From a virus (taxonomy: Duplodnaviria > Caudoviricetes), in the IMG/VR virus record IMGVR_UViG_3300014311_000014, positions 1 to 55,655 of that record: 55,655 nucleotides of DNA; one strand, 5' to 3'. Below are positions 25,363-35,676 of the stretch, one piece after another (positions within the stretch are counted from its first letter, which is position 1; the number at the start of each line of letters is the position of its first letter). The position numbers were made by a program, and so were the translations under genes. Under the pieces are notes generated by a model. The model was not told where the DNA came from. It did no database searches and saw nothing but the letters and a program-made list of their open reading frames with translations.

Positions 25363-26493
25363 ATGCGTCGCATCAAGCTCGCCGAGGTCAAGCGCCTCGC
25401 CCTCTGCAAGCGGGGGAAGAACGGCCTGACCACCCTCTACAAGTCGGACGGCACCGCCGAGTTCGCCACGCTCACGAAGGCGATCGACGCCGAGAAGGGC
25501 GAGCTGCTCACGGTCATCTGGCCGAAGGGCCTCGCCGATGCGGACGGTGACTTCGCCGACACCGAGACCGCGATCGACTCCATGATGGAGTCGCTGATCG
25601 CGAACGGCGGCAAGCTGGACATCGAGCACGAGGGCGACGTGCTCCCGCGCGGCGCGGTGGCGATCCAGGAGGTCTTCACCATCCAGAAGTCCGACGGGCG
25701 CTTCGCGGACTGGAAGGACTACGAGGGCAACGCGGTGGACGTGTCCGGTGGTGCCGCCGCCCGCATCAAGATCAACGACCCTGCTCTCCGCGCGGCCTAT
25801 CGCGATGGTGACTGGGACGGTGTGAGTCTGTTCGGCCCCGCAGCCGTCGAACAAGTGGATATCGTGGCTGCGTCACAACGGGTTGCCGCTCGCATGGGCG
25901 GCGTTCAGGAGACTGAAATGACCAAAGAAGAACTCCAGGCCATCCTGGATGCCCAGAAGGCGAGCTTCACCGAGCTGGCGAAGTCGCTCAAGGAAGTCCT
26001 CACGGCCAAGTCCGAGAGCAACGAGAGTGGCGACAAGGGCAACGCGAACGCGAACGCCACCGCCGCCGCCACAGCCGAAGCCGAAGCCGAGCAGCGTCCG
26101 ACGTTCACGGGTGACGTGAATGACCCGCAGGCGCTCGCCGACTACGAGAGCGCGCTGCGCGGCTTCGAGCTGCGCAAGGCCGTCGCGGAGGGCAAGCTGT
26201 CCGCCGACGACATCGCCGAGATGCGCAAGGCGATGGCCGAGACCGGCCCGTCGCTGGCCGACCTCAACGAGGCCGGGATCGAGGCCAAACCCGAGGATTC
26301 CAAGGAGGTCCGCGCGCTCCAGGTCCAACTGTTCAAGGCGCGCAAGCGCTCGAACGTGCCCGCCCGCACCCCGTCCGCGCAGGACGAGGTGGACGAGCTG
26401 GCGAAGGCCGCCAGCGACGAGGGCCTCGCGATCGCGAAGCTCGCGAACGAGTTGATGGGCAGCGCCCCCTCCAGCATGAAGGTCATCGGCTAG
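25363..26493 (+). CDS. Prohead protease (XkdF-like) fused to scaffold
   Basis: DADGD, DIEHE and GDWDGVSLFG; helical C-terminal half; precedes the capsid genes; AGGAG RBS. Confidence 0.8.
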   Translation: MRRIKLAEVKRLALCKRGKNGLTTLYKSDGTAEFATLTKAIDAEKGELLTVIWPKGLADADGDFADTETAIDSMMESLIANGGKLDIEHEGDVLPRGAVAIQEVFTIQKSDGRFADWKDYEGNAVDVSGGAAARIKINDPALRAAYRDGDWDGVSLFGPAAVEQVDIVAASQRVAARMGGVQETEMTKEELQAILDAQKASFTELAKSLKEVLTAKSESNESGDKGNANANATAAATAEAEAEQRPTFTGDVNDPQALADYESALRGFELRKAVAEGKLSADDIAEMRKAMAETGPSLADLNEAGIEAKPEDSKEVRALQVQLFKARKRSNVPARTPSAQDEVDELAKAASDEGLAIAKLANELMGSAPSSMKVIG

Positions 26494-26551
26494 TCGCCGC
26501 CGAACCTCTTCTTCCGACACCAACAACCCGACCGACAAGGAGTAGCCAATC

Positions 26552-26959
26552 ATGGCCCTCGAACCGAAAGAGCTGTTCGGCGATGCCGTCTCGCAGACCC
26601 CGAACCTTCGCGCCTTCCCCTATCAGGACGGCATCGTGCCGTCGCAACTGGAGACCCTCGGTGCCGCCGCCGACCTGCCCCACCTGACGCCGCTCGTGAA
26701 CAACGGCGACGGCACCTGGGGCGTCTGGGCCGACGCCGACGCCAACACCGTGCAGGGCCTCCTGTGGGCTCCCGACGCGCCCCACGCCGGGTCCGACACC
26801 GGGGAGACGATGATCGTCGTCTTCAAGCGCGGCCTCGTCCACTACGACGACATCCCGCTGCCCGCCGGGCAGACGCAGGCGACGCTCGACACCGCGCTCG
26901 CCGACTCGTCCGTCCGTGACGCGGGCATCATCGTCCAGGGCCTCGCCGACGTGGCCTAG
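26552..26959 (+). CDS. Head decoration protein (lambda gpD-like)
   Basis: Located between scaffold and MCP; LTPLV...GLL...VFKRG pattern. Confidence 0.7.
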   Translation: MALEPKELFGDAVSQTPNLRAFPYQDGIVPSQLETLGAAADLPHLTPLVNNGDGTWGVWADADANTVQGLLWAPDAPHAGSDTGETMIVVFKRGLVHYDDIPLPAGQTQATLDTALADSSVRDAGIIVQGLADVA

Positions 26960-27004
26960 TCCGAGCTTCCGCTCAACAACCAACCGACGTAAAGGAGAAT
27001 CGAA

Positions 27005-28063
27005 ATGCCGACCTCTGCCGACGTTCTGAGCTGGAGCACGCTGACTCCCGCCGTGAACGAGATGAAGGCCCCCAACGCCTTCCTCAAGAACATGCTGTTC
27101 TCGCGGGCCGTGACCGTCCCGACGCGGAACATCGAACTCAGCTTCCTCGACCGTGGGCGTCAGATCGCCCCGTTCGTGGAGCGCAACGGCGCTGCCGTGA
27201 TGACCACGGGGCGCGACGAATCGTTCCGCGTCATCACCCCGCCCCACATCCGCGTGAAGCGGCCCATGACCCCGAGCGAGCTGCTGAACAAGCGTCGCCC
27301 CGGGTCGGTCATCTTCCCTGGTGCGGGCGGCATCCAGTCGGCCATGCGCGAGTACATGGCGTCCGAGCTGTCGATGCTCATGGACGACATCACCAACTCC
27401 GAGGAGTATCTGTGCGCGCTCGCTCTGCGCGGTGCGATCAGCTACACCGCTGGTGAGGCTGCCTTCACCATCACGTTCCCGCGCGATGCGACCCACGACT
27501 ACGCTCTAGGCGCGGGCGACCGCTGGAACGAGACCACGGCGAGCTTCCGCAAGGACTTCCTCGACGCGGCCCAGCTCGTCAACGACGCGGTGAGCCTGAA
27601 CGTCACCGACGTGATCCTCGGCACCGACGCGGCGGACGCCTTCCTGGCGGACGCCCCGAGCGAGCTATCGAGCCTGCTCGACGTGCGGCGCATGGCTACG
27701 GGCACCGTGGACCTGACCCAGCAGATCGCCGAGAGCGGTGCGCTGTACCTGGGCACCTACGTCCACGGCATCCGCGTCTGGCGCTACGGTCGCACCGTGG
27801 ACGTGGCCGGTTCCCCCGTGGACCTCATCCGTCCGAAGTACGCCGAGTTCGTCGCGCGTACCCCGGCGGCCCAGTTCGTCACCTATTACGGTGCGATCGA
27901 GGACATGAAGGCGATCGGCGCGGGCAAGGTGCTCCAGTCGAAGCGCTTCTCGAAGTCCTGGGAAGAGGAGGACCCGAGCGCCCGCATGCTCCTGGTCGAG
28001 TCCAATCCGATGCCGGTGCCGCGTCGCTCGAACGCGACCGTCTCGATCCAGGTCCTCGCCTAG
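27005..28063 (+). CDS. Major capsid protein (lambda gpE-like)
   Basis: FLKNMLF, IAPFV, EEYLCALALRG, WEEEDPSARMLLVESNPMPVP; 352 aa; strong RBS. Confidence 0.92.
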   Translation: MPTSADVLSWSTLTPAVNEMKAPNAFLKNMLFSRAVTVPTRNIELSFLDRGRQIAPFVERNGAAVMTTGRDESFRVITPPHIRVKRPMTPSELLNKRRPGSVIFPGAGGIQSAMREYMASELSMLMDDITNSEEYLCALALRGAISYTAGEAAFTITFPRDATHDYALGAGDRWNETTASFRKDFLDAAQLVNDAVSLNVTDVILGTDAADAFLADAPSELSSLLDVRRMATGTVDLTQQIAESGALYLGTYVHGIRVWRYGRTVDVAGSPVDLIRPKYAEFVARTPAAQFVTYYGAIEDMKAIGAGKVLQSKRFSKSWEEEDPSARMLLVESNPMPVPRRSNATVSIQVLA

Positions 28064-28083
28064 TCCTGACGGACGACAACGAC

Positions 28084-28125
28084 ATCGGGGCCGGGCTGCT
28101 CGGCTGGCCCGGCCCCGATTCACCT
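28084..28125 (+). terminator. Hairpin after the MCP gene
   Basis: ATCGGGGCCGGGC / GCCCGGCCCCGAT 13-bp stem; weak U-tail. Confidence 0.6.
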
Positions 28126-28182
28126 TCCTAGCCGAATCCGAACACACTTCGGCCAATGTGCCGAATCGCCAAGGAGGCAACC

Positions 28183-28749
28183 GTGAGCGAACAGAACGAA
28201 GCGTACCGAGTCGTCCGAGGGTCCATCCGTCTGCCGCGTGGCAAGTCCACCGGGTTCGTCATGTCGCGCCGCGACATGGTGATGCAGGGCGAACTGCTGC
28301 CGCCGGGGATCTTCCCCGCCGCCGACATCCAGAGCTGGCTCTCCGAGGGGCGCATCGCCCCCGCCGGGGTCTCGGTCGAAGACGCGCAGGCCGCCGTCGA
28401 GGCGCGCGCCGCCAACCCGTTCCGCGTGGACCCGAGCACCCTGGTCGGCAAGACCATGGAGGATCTGCTCATCATGGTCCTGGAGATCGACCCGGAGTAC
28501 GACGCGGACCAGCTCGAAGACGAGCAGGCCGCCGTGCGGCTCCTGACGAGCGGCTGGGAGCCCAGCATGCGTCAGGTGGTCGCGCCGGTCAACGATCGCT
28601 CGCGCCCGGTGGCGCTCGCCCTGGACAAGCTGGAGCAGAGCGCCAGCGGGTCCGCCCTCAAGACCGGCACCCGTGACCTGTCCGCCGAGGCCGCTGCGAA
28701 CCTCGAAGCGGCCAAGGTCCGTGCCCAAGCCCCCAGCACCGAGGAGTAG
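28183..28749 (+). CDS. Hypothetical head-associated protein
   Basis: AAGGAGG RBS before GTG at 28183. Confidence 0.7.
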   Translation: MSEQNEAYRVVRGSIRLPRGKSTGFVMSRRDMVMQGELLPPGIFPAADIQSWLSEGRIAPAGVSVEDAQAAVEARAANPFRVDPSTLVGKTMEDLLIMVLEIDPEYDADQLEDEQAAVRLLTSGWEPSMRQVVAPVNDRSRPVALALDKLEQSASGSALKTGTRDLSAEAAANLEAAKVRAQAPSTEE

Positions 28750-28755
28750 TCCATC

Positions 28756-29316
28756 ATGGCCGCACCCCTGTTCGTAGCCGACGAAGCGACGCTCCTGGAG
28801 CGCTTGCGTCTGTCTGCCGTGCCCGCCTCCGCGCTGGACACGCAGGCGATCATCGACGAGGCGACCCTCCGGGCGCGGCTGCGCTTCTACCGCGCGCTGG
28901 GGACGGCCCGGACGAACGTGCTCGTGGCCCTCCCGTTCACGGAGGTGCCCACGACCGACGACGAGGTGCTCCGCGCCCTCGCGACCACCACGGAGGTGCA
29001 GATCGTTCGCTGCGAACTTCTGCGCCTCCTCCCGAACACGTTCATGGACGCCAGCGGCGACGTGAACGCCCGATGGAACGAGGAAGCGCCCGTCCGCGAG
29101 CGATCCTCGATGGAGCTGGACGAGGAGCTGCGCCGCTGCGAGCTGGAGATCACCGCCGCGCTGGAGGAGCTGGCCGACTCCAGCGGCGTCTCCTGCGACG
29201 ACGTGCAGATCTGGGATGGCACACCGGACTGCCAGACCTCGTTCCCGACCAACACGCCTCGCGTGGGCATGAGCCTTAAGGGCTCGGGCGGCGTGAATCC
29301 ACCCGCCGAAGACTAG
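28756..29316 (+). CDS. Putative head-tail connector
   Basis: Synteny; helical protein. Confidence 0.55.
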   Translation: MAAPLFVADEATLLERLRLSAVPASALDTQAIIDEATLRARLRFYRALGTARTNVLVALPFTEVPTTDDEVLRALATTTEVQIVRCELLRLLPNTFMDASGDVNARWNEEAPVRERSSMELDEELRRCELEITAALEELADSSGVSCDDVQIWDGTPDCQTSFPTNTPRVGMSLKGSGGVNPPAED

Positions 29317-29319
29317 ACC

Positions 29320-29754
29320 ATGGGCTACAAGACCGCCATCCAAGCCGCCGTCGAAGCGCGTGCCTACGCGGGCACGTTCCCGGAGGCGGTGTACTCGGTC
29401 GCTCGCCCGAGCATCCTCTCCGAGGGTGCGGCGCAGTCGGTCAAGTCCGCCGAGGCCAACGAGATCCGTGGCGTGTTTGGGGTGGACCCCGAGTACGGTC
29501 GCGAGTTTCGCCAGGAGCGCCAGGGATGGGCGTGGCTCCTGGTGCTCCGCTTCGACACCGAAGTGGTGCTGGAGCACTTCGAGATCGACCTCATGCGCTC
29601 GCCCATCACCATCCCGCAGGACCTCGGCGACGGCAGGGACCAATCGGTCATGCTACTGCTCGAAGAGGTCCAGTACGAACACCCGCCGCGTGGCGGGGCG
29701 TCGAACGGCACGGAAGCGACGTACAGATTCGTCGCCGAGCTGTGCCATCAGTAG
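29320..29754 (+). CDS. Putative tail terminator/completion protein
   Basis: Directly upstream of the tail tube gene; 144 aa. Confidence 0.5.
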   Translation: MGYKTAIQAAVEARAYAGTFPEAVYSVARPSILSEGAAQSVKSAEANEIRGVFGVDPEYGREFRQERQGWAWLLVLRFDTEVVLEHFEIDLMRSPITIPQDLGDGRDQSVMLLLEEVQYEHPPRGGASNGTEATYRFVAELCHQ

Positions 29755-29789
29755 CTACTGAAACCCTTCTTTCCGACAGGAGATAACCC

Positions 29790-30656
29790 ATGCCCGGAAT
29801 CAACTCCAGCGGCGCTCCCGACACCCGGGACTACACTCTCGGGCGCGGCATCGTGCGCCTCGCCAAGCTGACCGCCGCCGGTCTGCCCGACTCGGACGGC
29901 TTCCGAGACCTCGGCAACGCGCCCGAGTTCACCATCACCGTGTCCGCCGAAGACGTGAAGCACCAGTCGAGCCGCTCGCAGCTCAAGTTCACGGACAAGC
30001 GCTGCACCATCTCGCAAGAGGTCGGACTCTCATTCGGCCTGGACGAGATCAACTTCGACAACCTCGCGGACTTCTTCTCGGGCTCGACCGAAGTGTACAA
30101 CAACCCTCATGACACCACCTGGGTCAACGCCGAAGACGCCATCATCAGCTCCTCGGTCAAGCTCGGCGCGTGGTATCAGCTCAAGAGCGACACGGGCGAG
30201 CGCGTGTACGATCTCGGCGCTGCGGGCGTCACCTACGTCGTCGAAGAGGACCCGGCCTCGGCTGCGGTCGCTCTCGCCGAGGGCGTGGACTTCGAGATCG
30301 ATGCCGAGATGGGCCTGATCCGCTTCCTGCCGACCTCCGTGCTCATCGCGGACGGCGACGTGGCGGGCTGGAACATCACGGCGGGTGCCACCGTCGCGCA
30401 GGACCTCGATCAGGTCAACGCGCTGACCGAGGCCGCCGTGAGCGGCGCGCTGCTGTTCGTCCAGACGAACGCCTGCGACGATGGAAACAAGTCCGAGTAC
30501 CTGTTCCACAAGGTCTCACTGTCCTCGGACGGCGACCTTCCGCTGATCGGCGACGAGTTCGAGAAGATGACCTTCAAGGGCGTCGCGGAGGTCAACTCGG
30601 CGGTCAGCGGCACGTCGCAGGTGCTCACCGTCCGCACCTACGACCAGCAGACGTAG
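29790..30656 (+). CDS. Major tail tube protein
   Basis: YTLGRG, FRDLGNAPEF, LDEINFDNL and DGDLPLIGDE. Confidence 0.85.
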   Translation: MPGINSSGAPDTRDYTLGRGIVRLAKLTAAGLPDSDGFRDLGNAPEFTITVSAEDVKHQSSRSQLKFTDKRCTISQEVGLSFGLDEINFDNLADFFSGSTEVYNNPHDTTWVNAEDAIISSSVKLGAWYQLKSDTGERVYDLGAAGVTYVVEEDPASAAVALAEGVDFEIDAEMGLIRFLPTSVLIADGDVAGWNITAGATVAQDLDQVNALTEAAVSGALLFVQTNACDDGNKSEYLFHKVSLSSDGDLPLIGDEFEKMTFKGVAEVNSAVSGTSQVLTVRTYDQQT

Positions 30657-30739
30657 TCCTGATCTCGTGAGGCTTCACGGTCCCGGGCTCGCAAGGCCCG
30701 GGGCCACTCCCAATACCCGTCACAAAGGCAGATGACACC

Positions 30740-31420
30740 ATGAGTCGGTTCAAGAAGTTCACGTTCCGCGACAAGCGGAGCATCAAGCATCAGGTCAACG
30801 GCCAGGAGTTCCGGTTCTACCCGAACCGCGTCGGTCTGCTGACCGAGGCCCGCGACCTCGCGGAGCCGGTGGCCCAGGCCATCAATACCTTGTTCACTGA
30901 CCAGTCGAAGGACACGTCCTCGAACGTGAAGCGCCAGCACGAGGGCGACTTCTTCATGGAGGACATCGAGACGAAGGGCATCTCGATCGAGATGGCGAAG
31001 CACCGCCAGACCGAGCGCGCCAAGGCGATCTCGCAGATCCTCGGTACGCTCGCAGACGCCCGCTCGCTAATCCTCCTCGGCAAGCTGTTCATGGACAGCC
31101 TGCGCGACGAGTTCCCGTACAAACGGGAGCGCTCGGCCCAGGAGGTTGAAGAGTTCCTGTACGGGGACGACAGCGAGGACAGCGACTACGAAGGCCTCGA
31201 CGCGCCCATGCTGGTGGAGATGTTCCAGGGCTGGATGAAGGCGAACGCGACGACCTTCGGTGACACGGGGGAGTCCCTGGTCGGGCTGGTCAAGGCCAAG
31301 ATCGAGGGTCTCGTGGCCGACTCCGAGCAAACCTCGGCGAAGCCGGACCCGACCAGTGGCGAGCCCTCCAAGATGCTTTCGTCGCCGCAGTCGGTTTCGG
31401 ATTCGACGCCGAGTACCTAG
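30740..31420 (+). CDS. Tail assembly chaperone (gpG-like)
   Basis: Located between tail tube and tape measure. Confidence 0.7.
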   Translation: MSRFKKFTFRDKRSIKHQVNGQEFRFYPNRVGLLTEARDLAEPVAQAINTLFTDQSKDTSSNVKRQHEGDFFMEDIETKGISIEMAKHRQTERAKAISQILGTLADARSLILLGKLFMDSLRDEFPYKRERSAQEVEEFLYGDDSEDSDYEGLDAPMLVEMFQGWMKANATTFGDTGESLVGLVKAKIEGLVADSEQTSAKPDPTSGEPSKMLSSPQSVSDSTPST

Positions 31421-31638
31421 ACCGTCTCGACCTCTTGCAGTTCAACGAGCTGATGACCTCCATCAACGAACACCGAGTCCGACAGCGTGTGGCCGCCATC
31501 TACGACATGGCGCACGGCGCGCAGGCTGACGGCAAGGCGATCAAGGAGTACGTCGGCACGCTGCTCAAGCAGGTCGGGATCCACCAAGAGGCCATGGGGT
31601 CGGCCAGCGACTTCAACAGAGAGATCGGGAGCATCTAG
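31264..31638 (+). CDS. Tail assembly chaperone extension (gpT-like), probably reached by -1 frameshift
   Basis: The -1 frame is open from 31264 to 31638, overlaps the upstream ORF and lacks a good start/RBS. Confidence 0.6.
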   Translation, partial: HGGVPGRAGQGQDRGSRGRLRANLGEAGPDQWRALQDAFVAAVGFGFDAEYLDRLDLLQFNELMTSINEHRVRQRVAAIYDMAHGAQADGKAIKEYVGTLLKQVGIHQEAMGSASDFNREIGSI

Positions 31639-31640
31639 CC

Positions 31641-34600
31641 ATGGTCGATCGTGGCGGACTGAACTACCCCATCAGGGTCCGAGATGAGTTCTCGAAGACG
31701 ACGACGAAGTTCCGCGAGGAGATTCGCGCGTCGAAGAAGGAGTTCAGGGACTTCCAGAAGGCCGTCCAGGGCCAGAAGTCCAACGCCAAGGAGATCCGCG
31801 ATCAGGCCAAGGCGACGATGGAGCTGGTGAAGGCCCAGCGCGAGCTGTCCGCTGCTACCAAGTCGGTCGTCAAGCCGATGACGGATGAGGAGCGGGCCGC
31901 TCGCGCGCAGGCCGAGGCCAACAAGAAGCTGGCGAGCGAGCTGGCGCTGTCCGCGAAAGCCCAGCGCGAGCGCGAGCGCGCCGCGATCGCTCTGCGCAAC
32001 CAAGCCCAGCGCGACGCCAACGCCGAGGCCGCCCGCATCAAGCGCCTGGAGCGCGAGCGCATCGCGCAGGAGCGCGTGGCCGACTCGAAGAACGTCGAGC
32101 TGCAAGCCACGCGCCGCCTGAACGCCGAGCTGTTCCGCGAGGCCGTGGCGCGCAAGCAGATCGACCTGCTCAAGAAGCGCGCCCAGACCCAGTTCGCTGC
32201 TGGGAACCTCCTTGGCGGCACTGCCACACTACGACAAGCAAGGGACCTGGAGAAGTCGCTCCAGACCCAGGTGTCCTCGGCGCAGAAGCTCCTGTTCACG
32301 TTCCGCCGACTGGTGGGCGTGCTCGCGATCTTCACCCTCGCGCGCAAGGGCGTTCAACTGTTCCAGGAACTCGTCGCCCAGGGCGTCAAGTTCAACGACA
32401 CGGTGGAGACCTCGACGCTTGGCATCGCGGGCCTCGTCACCTCGCTGGGCGACGTGCGCAATGCGCAGGGCCTCTCCGTGGACGCCACCGAGCAGCTCTC
32501 GCTGGCTCTCGGGATCGCCCGCGACCAGACCGCCAAGCTACGCCAGGACAGCCTCAAGACCGTCGCGACGTTCCAGCAGCTCCTCGAAACCTTCCAGGTC
32601 TCGGTCGGCCCCGGCCTCGCCGCCGGACTCAACCTCGACGAGATACGCCAGATCACCGTGGACATCTCCCAGGCGGCTGCCGCGCTGGGCGTCCCGCAGA
32701 ACCAGCTCGCGGAGGAAGTCCGCTCGCTGCTGTCCGGCACGATCCAGGCGCGCACCACGCGTATTGCCACTGCGCTCGGGATCACGAACGAGGACATCCG
32801 CCGGCTCAAAGAGTCCGGCAAGCTGTTCGACGTGCTGAAGGAGAAGTTCTCAGGCTTCGCCGAGGCCTCGCGAAAGCAGGCGCGCGAGACCTTTACCGGC
32901 ATCTCGACGCTTATCAAGGGCCTCGTTCAGGAGATCCTGGGCAACGCCGCCAAGCCTCTGTTCGACGAGCTGATCTCGCTCAGCAACGACCTGTTCGACA
33001 ACTTCCTGTCGATCAAGGACGCCGCCGGAAACATCAAGCCGAGCCCCGACGTGGTGGCGGCGTTCCAGCAGGTCTTCGACGCCATCAAGCGCGTCGTCGA
33101 GTCCGTGCGCGAGCTGGGCTCAGGCGGAAGTGGCCTGACGGCGCTGGAGACCACGATGGCGGCCATCGCCATCTCGATCGACTTCATCCGTGGCGCGGCG
33201 GTGCAGCTCATCGCCGTGTTCCAGACGATCGGAGAGACCGTCAAGGGGATCGCTGAATTCTTCGGTCTGACGACGGACAACTCCGCCCAAGCGGCAGCGC
33301 TCGCGGGCAAGTGGCTCGTGAACATCCTGCTGATTAAGAAGGCGATCTCGTCGATCAACTTGAACATGCTGCGCATCGCCGTGCGCGCGGTGCCCCTGAT
33401 CGTCGTCTTCCTGGCGATCGGCAAGGCCCTTGAGTTCATCCTGGAGAAAATCTTCGGGGTGGATCTCAACCTCCGAGACACGATCCAGCTCATCTCCCTC
33501 GGTCTGCTCGGTGCGTTCTACCAGGTGCAAGGCGCTGTCCAGCGAATCGCCCAGTCAATAACCAACTTCTTCGGTGGTGCGATCGACACGATCGTGTCCA
33601 AGGCCAAGAGCAGTGCTCTTAGGGCGCTTGGATTCGTCCAGTCTGAACTGCTGTTCAATGATGTTGTGGCACAAGCGTTCAAGGACCTGGCGTTCAAGGA
33701 GGAACAGGCTCTCAAGAAGTCTCAGGCAGCTCGCGAGGCTGCCAATAAAGTTGAACTGGCAGACATCAAAGCCCAGACCGAAGCAAAACTCAAGGCCGTG
33801 CAAGACGAGATCGCGGCCACGGTGGCCGCTCGTGCTGCTGAGAACGCGAAGGGTAAGGGCTTCCGCTCGGGCTTTGATCCGGCCAAGGCCGCGAAGGACG
33901 CCGCCGACGCGGCCAAGGCCTTCGTGTCCACGGCGCTCCGCTCGACCTCCGCCCTGGGCGAGGAGCTGGCGAAGGTCAACGACGAGATCATCAAGGCCGG
34001 GCAGGAGTTCGAGCAGGCTCGCCGCTCGACTGGTGCGGGCGGCGTAGCTGGTCAGGTCGAGAGCGCGTTCAACAAGGAGGAGATCGCCGCTGCGGAGCGC
34101 CTCCGCAAGATCCAGGGCGACCTGCTCAACGTCGATCGCGCGATCGAAAAGTTGCGGATTGCCAGCGGCGTGTCCGCTGAACGAGAGGCCGAAATCCAGG
34201 CGGCGCTGCTCACGCCGGTCGAAGATCGCAAAAAGGCCCTAGAGAAGCTCAACATCCTCGAAGGTGAAGGCGGGCTTGTGTCCGCCTTGCGAGATCAACA
34301 ACTTCTCCAGGTCGCCATCGCGAACTCCGAGAAGCAGTCGCTCGAACTCGCTGGGCTCAAGGCCGCCACCATCGCGGCCAACACGCTCCCGCAGATCCGC
34401 GAGGAGGCGGCCCAGCTCCAAGCCGAGGTCGCCGCCGAGCGCGCGAAGACCGCTGCCATCCAGGCGCGGGCGGGCGACCGCCAGCTCGCCCTGGTGTCCG
34501 CCCAGCAGTCCCTCGCGCTCGCGCAGGCCGAGCTGGAGGCCAAGAAGAAGAAGGACGCGCTGGATATCCAGAGCCTAAAGACCGAGCGAAACAAGCTGAC

Positions 34601-35672
34601 GATCGGAAGCGAGGAGCGGATTGTGTTCAACGCTGCCATCTCCGCTCTGCGCACGCGCCAAAGGCTTGAGGAGGAGATCCTGCAACTCCGCATCGAGCAG
34701 CTCGCCAAGGCGAAGGAAGAGGCCGAGCTGGTCGCCAATGGCAGCATCAACCAAGGATTCGAGCGAGGGCTCGACAATTTCGCGAACGACTTCTCCTCGA
34801 AGTTCCAGGCTGGAATCGAGATCGCGACCAACGCCTTGCAGGGCTTCGTGTCCTTCGCTTCGCAGGCCATCGTTGACGTGTTCGATCCGACCAAGGATTC
34901 GGCCACGATCAAGGAGAACTTCGCTAGACTGCTGCAACAGATCGCGCAGCTCATCCTCCAGAAGCTCATCGAACTCGCCATCGCCAAGGCTCTGATCGAG
35001 GCGGGCTTCGGCGGGGGCGGCGACGACGATGTGAAGAAGGCAAAGGAGATCGCAGCTACTCAGATCGGTGCCGCCGCAACTGTTGCAGGTATTCGACTTG
35101 CTAATGCCGTCGCCATCGCAGCGATCCGTGGGGTTGGAGGAGCTGGATTCTCCGAGGGAGGTCTTGTAGAAGGAACCGACCCTGGAGATCCTGTTGTCGG
35201 GGCATTCGCCAGGGGCGGCCGGGTGCCCGAGCACTGGACCCGCCAGGCTCAGGGCCTCGCGGGCGGCGGGATTCCCCGTCCGGGACACATCCCGGCCAGC
35301 GACACGGTGCCCGCGTGGCTCACCCCAGGTGAGTTCGTGCTGAAACGCTCTGCGGTAAAATCCCTCGGTTTGCCCTTGCTCCAAGCCATGAACGGGGGTA
35401 AGATGCCTGTCGTGGGAAGCACCAGCGCAGAAGCCGCCGGACCCAGCTCGGGGATGGCCTCGGGCGGACTGGTCGCGGATCGAATCGCCAACGCGAACGC
35501 AAGAGCCCAGGGGGCCGCGCAGGACCGCGTGGTCGTGGTGCCTGCCGTCGTCGCGGGCGACAAGGAAATGGACACGCTCACCGCTGGTGGGCGCAACGCG
35601 CTACTCGCCTTCATGCGCGAGAACGCAGGCAACATCAACACGCTGCTGGACCGCAGCAACGGTAGGAGCTAA
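31641..35672 (+). CDS. Tape measure protein
   Basis: 1343 aa, Ala/Gln/Lys-rich helical, central hydrophobic segments, C-terminal SDTVPAWLTPGEFV motif. Confidence 0.93.
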   Translation: MVDRGGLNYPIRVRDEFSKTTTKFREEIRASKKEFRDFQKAVQGQKSNAKEIRDQAKATMELVKAQRELSAATKSVVKPMTDEERAARAQAEANKKLASELALSAKAQRERERAAIALRNQAQRDANAEAARIKRLERERIAQERVADSKNVELQATRRLNAELFREAVARKQIDLLKKRAQTQFAAGNLLGGTATLRQARDLEKSLQTQVSSAQKLLFTFRRLVGVLAIFTLARKGVQLFQELVAQGVKFNDTVETSTLGIAGLVTSLGDVRNAQGLSVDATEQLSLALGIARDQTAKLRQDSLKTVATFQQLLETFQVSVGPGLAAGLNLDEIRQITVDISQAAAALGVPQNQLAEEVRSLLSGTIQARTTRIATALGITNEDIRRLKESGKLFDVLKEKFSGFAEASRKQARETFTGISTLIKGLVQEILGNAAKPLFDELISLSNDLFDNFLSIKDAAGNIKPSPDVVAAFQQVFDAIKRVVESVRELGSGGSGLTALETTMAAIAISIDFIRGAAVQLIAVFQTIGETVKGIAEFFGLTTDNSAQAAALAGKWLVNILLIKKAISSINLNMLRIAVRAVPLIVVFLAIGKALEFILEKIFGVDLNLRDTIQLISLGLLGAFYQVQGAVQRIAQSITNFFGGAIDTIVSKAKSSALRALGFVQSELLFNDVVAQAFKDLAFKEEQALKKSQAAREAANKVELADIKAQTEAKLKAVQDEIAATVAARAAENAKGKGFRSGFDPAKAAKDAADAAKAFVSTALRSTSALGEELAKVNDEIIKAGQEFEQARRSTGAGGVAGQVESAFNKEEIAAAERLRKIQGDLLNVDRAIEKLRIASGVSAEREAEIQAALLTPVEDRKKALEKLNILEGEGGLVSALRDQQLLQVAIANSEKQSLELAGLKAATIAANTLPQIREEAAQLQAEVAAERAKTAAIQARAGDRQLALVSAQQSLALAQAELEAKKKKDALDIQSLKTERNKLTIGSEERIVFNAAISALRTRQRLEEEILQLRIEQLAKAKEEAELVANGSINQGFERGLDNFANDFSSKFQAGIEIATNALQGFVSFASQAIVDVFDPTKDSATIKENFARLLQQIAQLILQKLIELAIAKALIEAGFGGGGDDDVKKAKEIAATQIGAAATVAGIRLANAVAIAAIRGVGGAGFSEGGLVEGTDPGDPVVGAFARGGRVPEHWTRQAQGLAGGGIPRPGHIPASDTVPAWLTPGEFVLKRSAVKSLGLPLLQAMNGGKMPVVGSTSAEAAGPSSGMASGGLVADRIANANARAQGAAQDRVVVVPAVVAGDKEMDTLTAGGRNALLAFMRENAGNINTLLDRSNGRS

Positions 35673-35676
35673 CACC

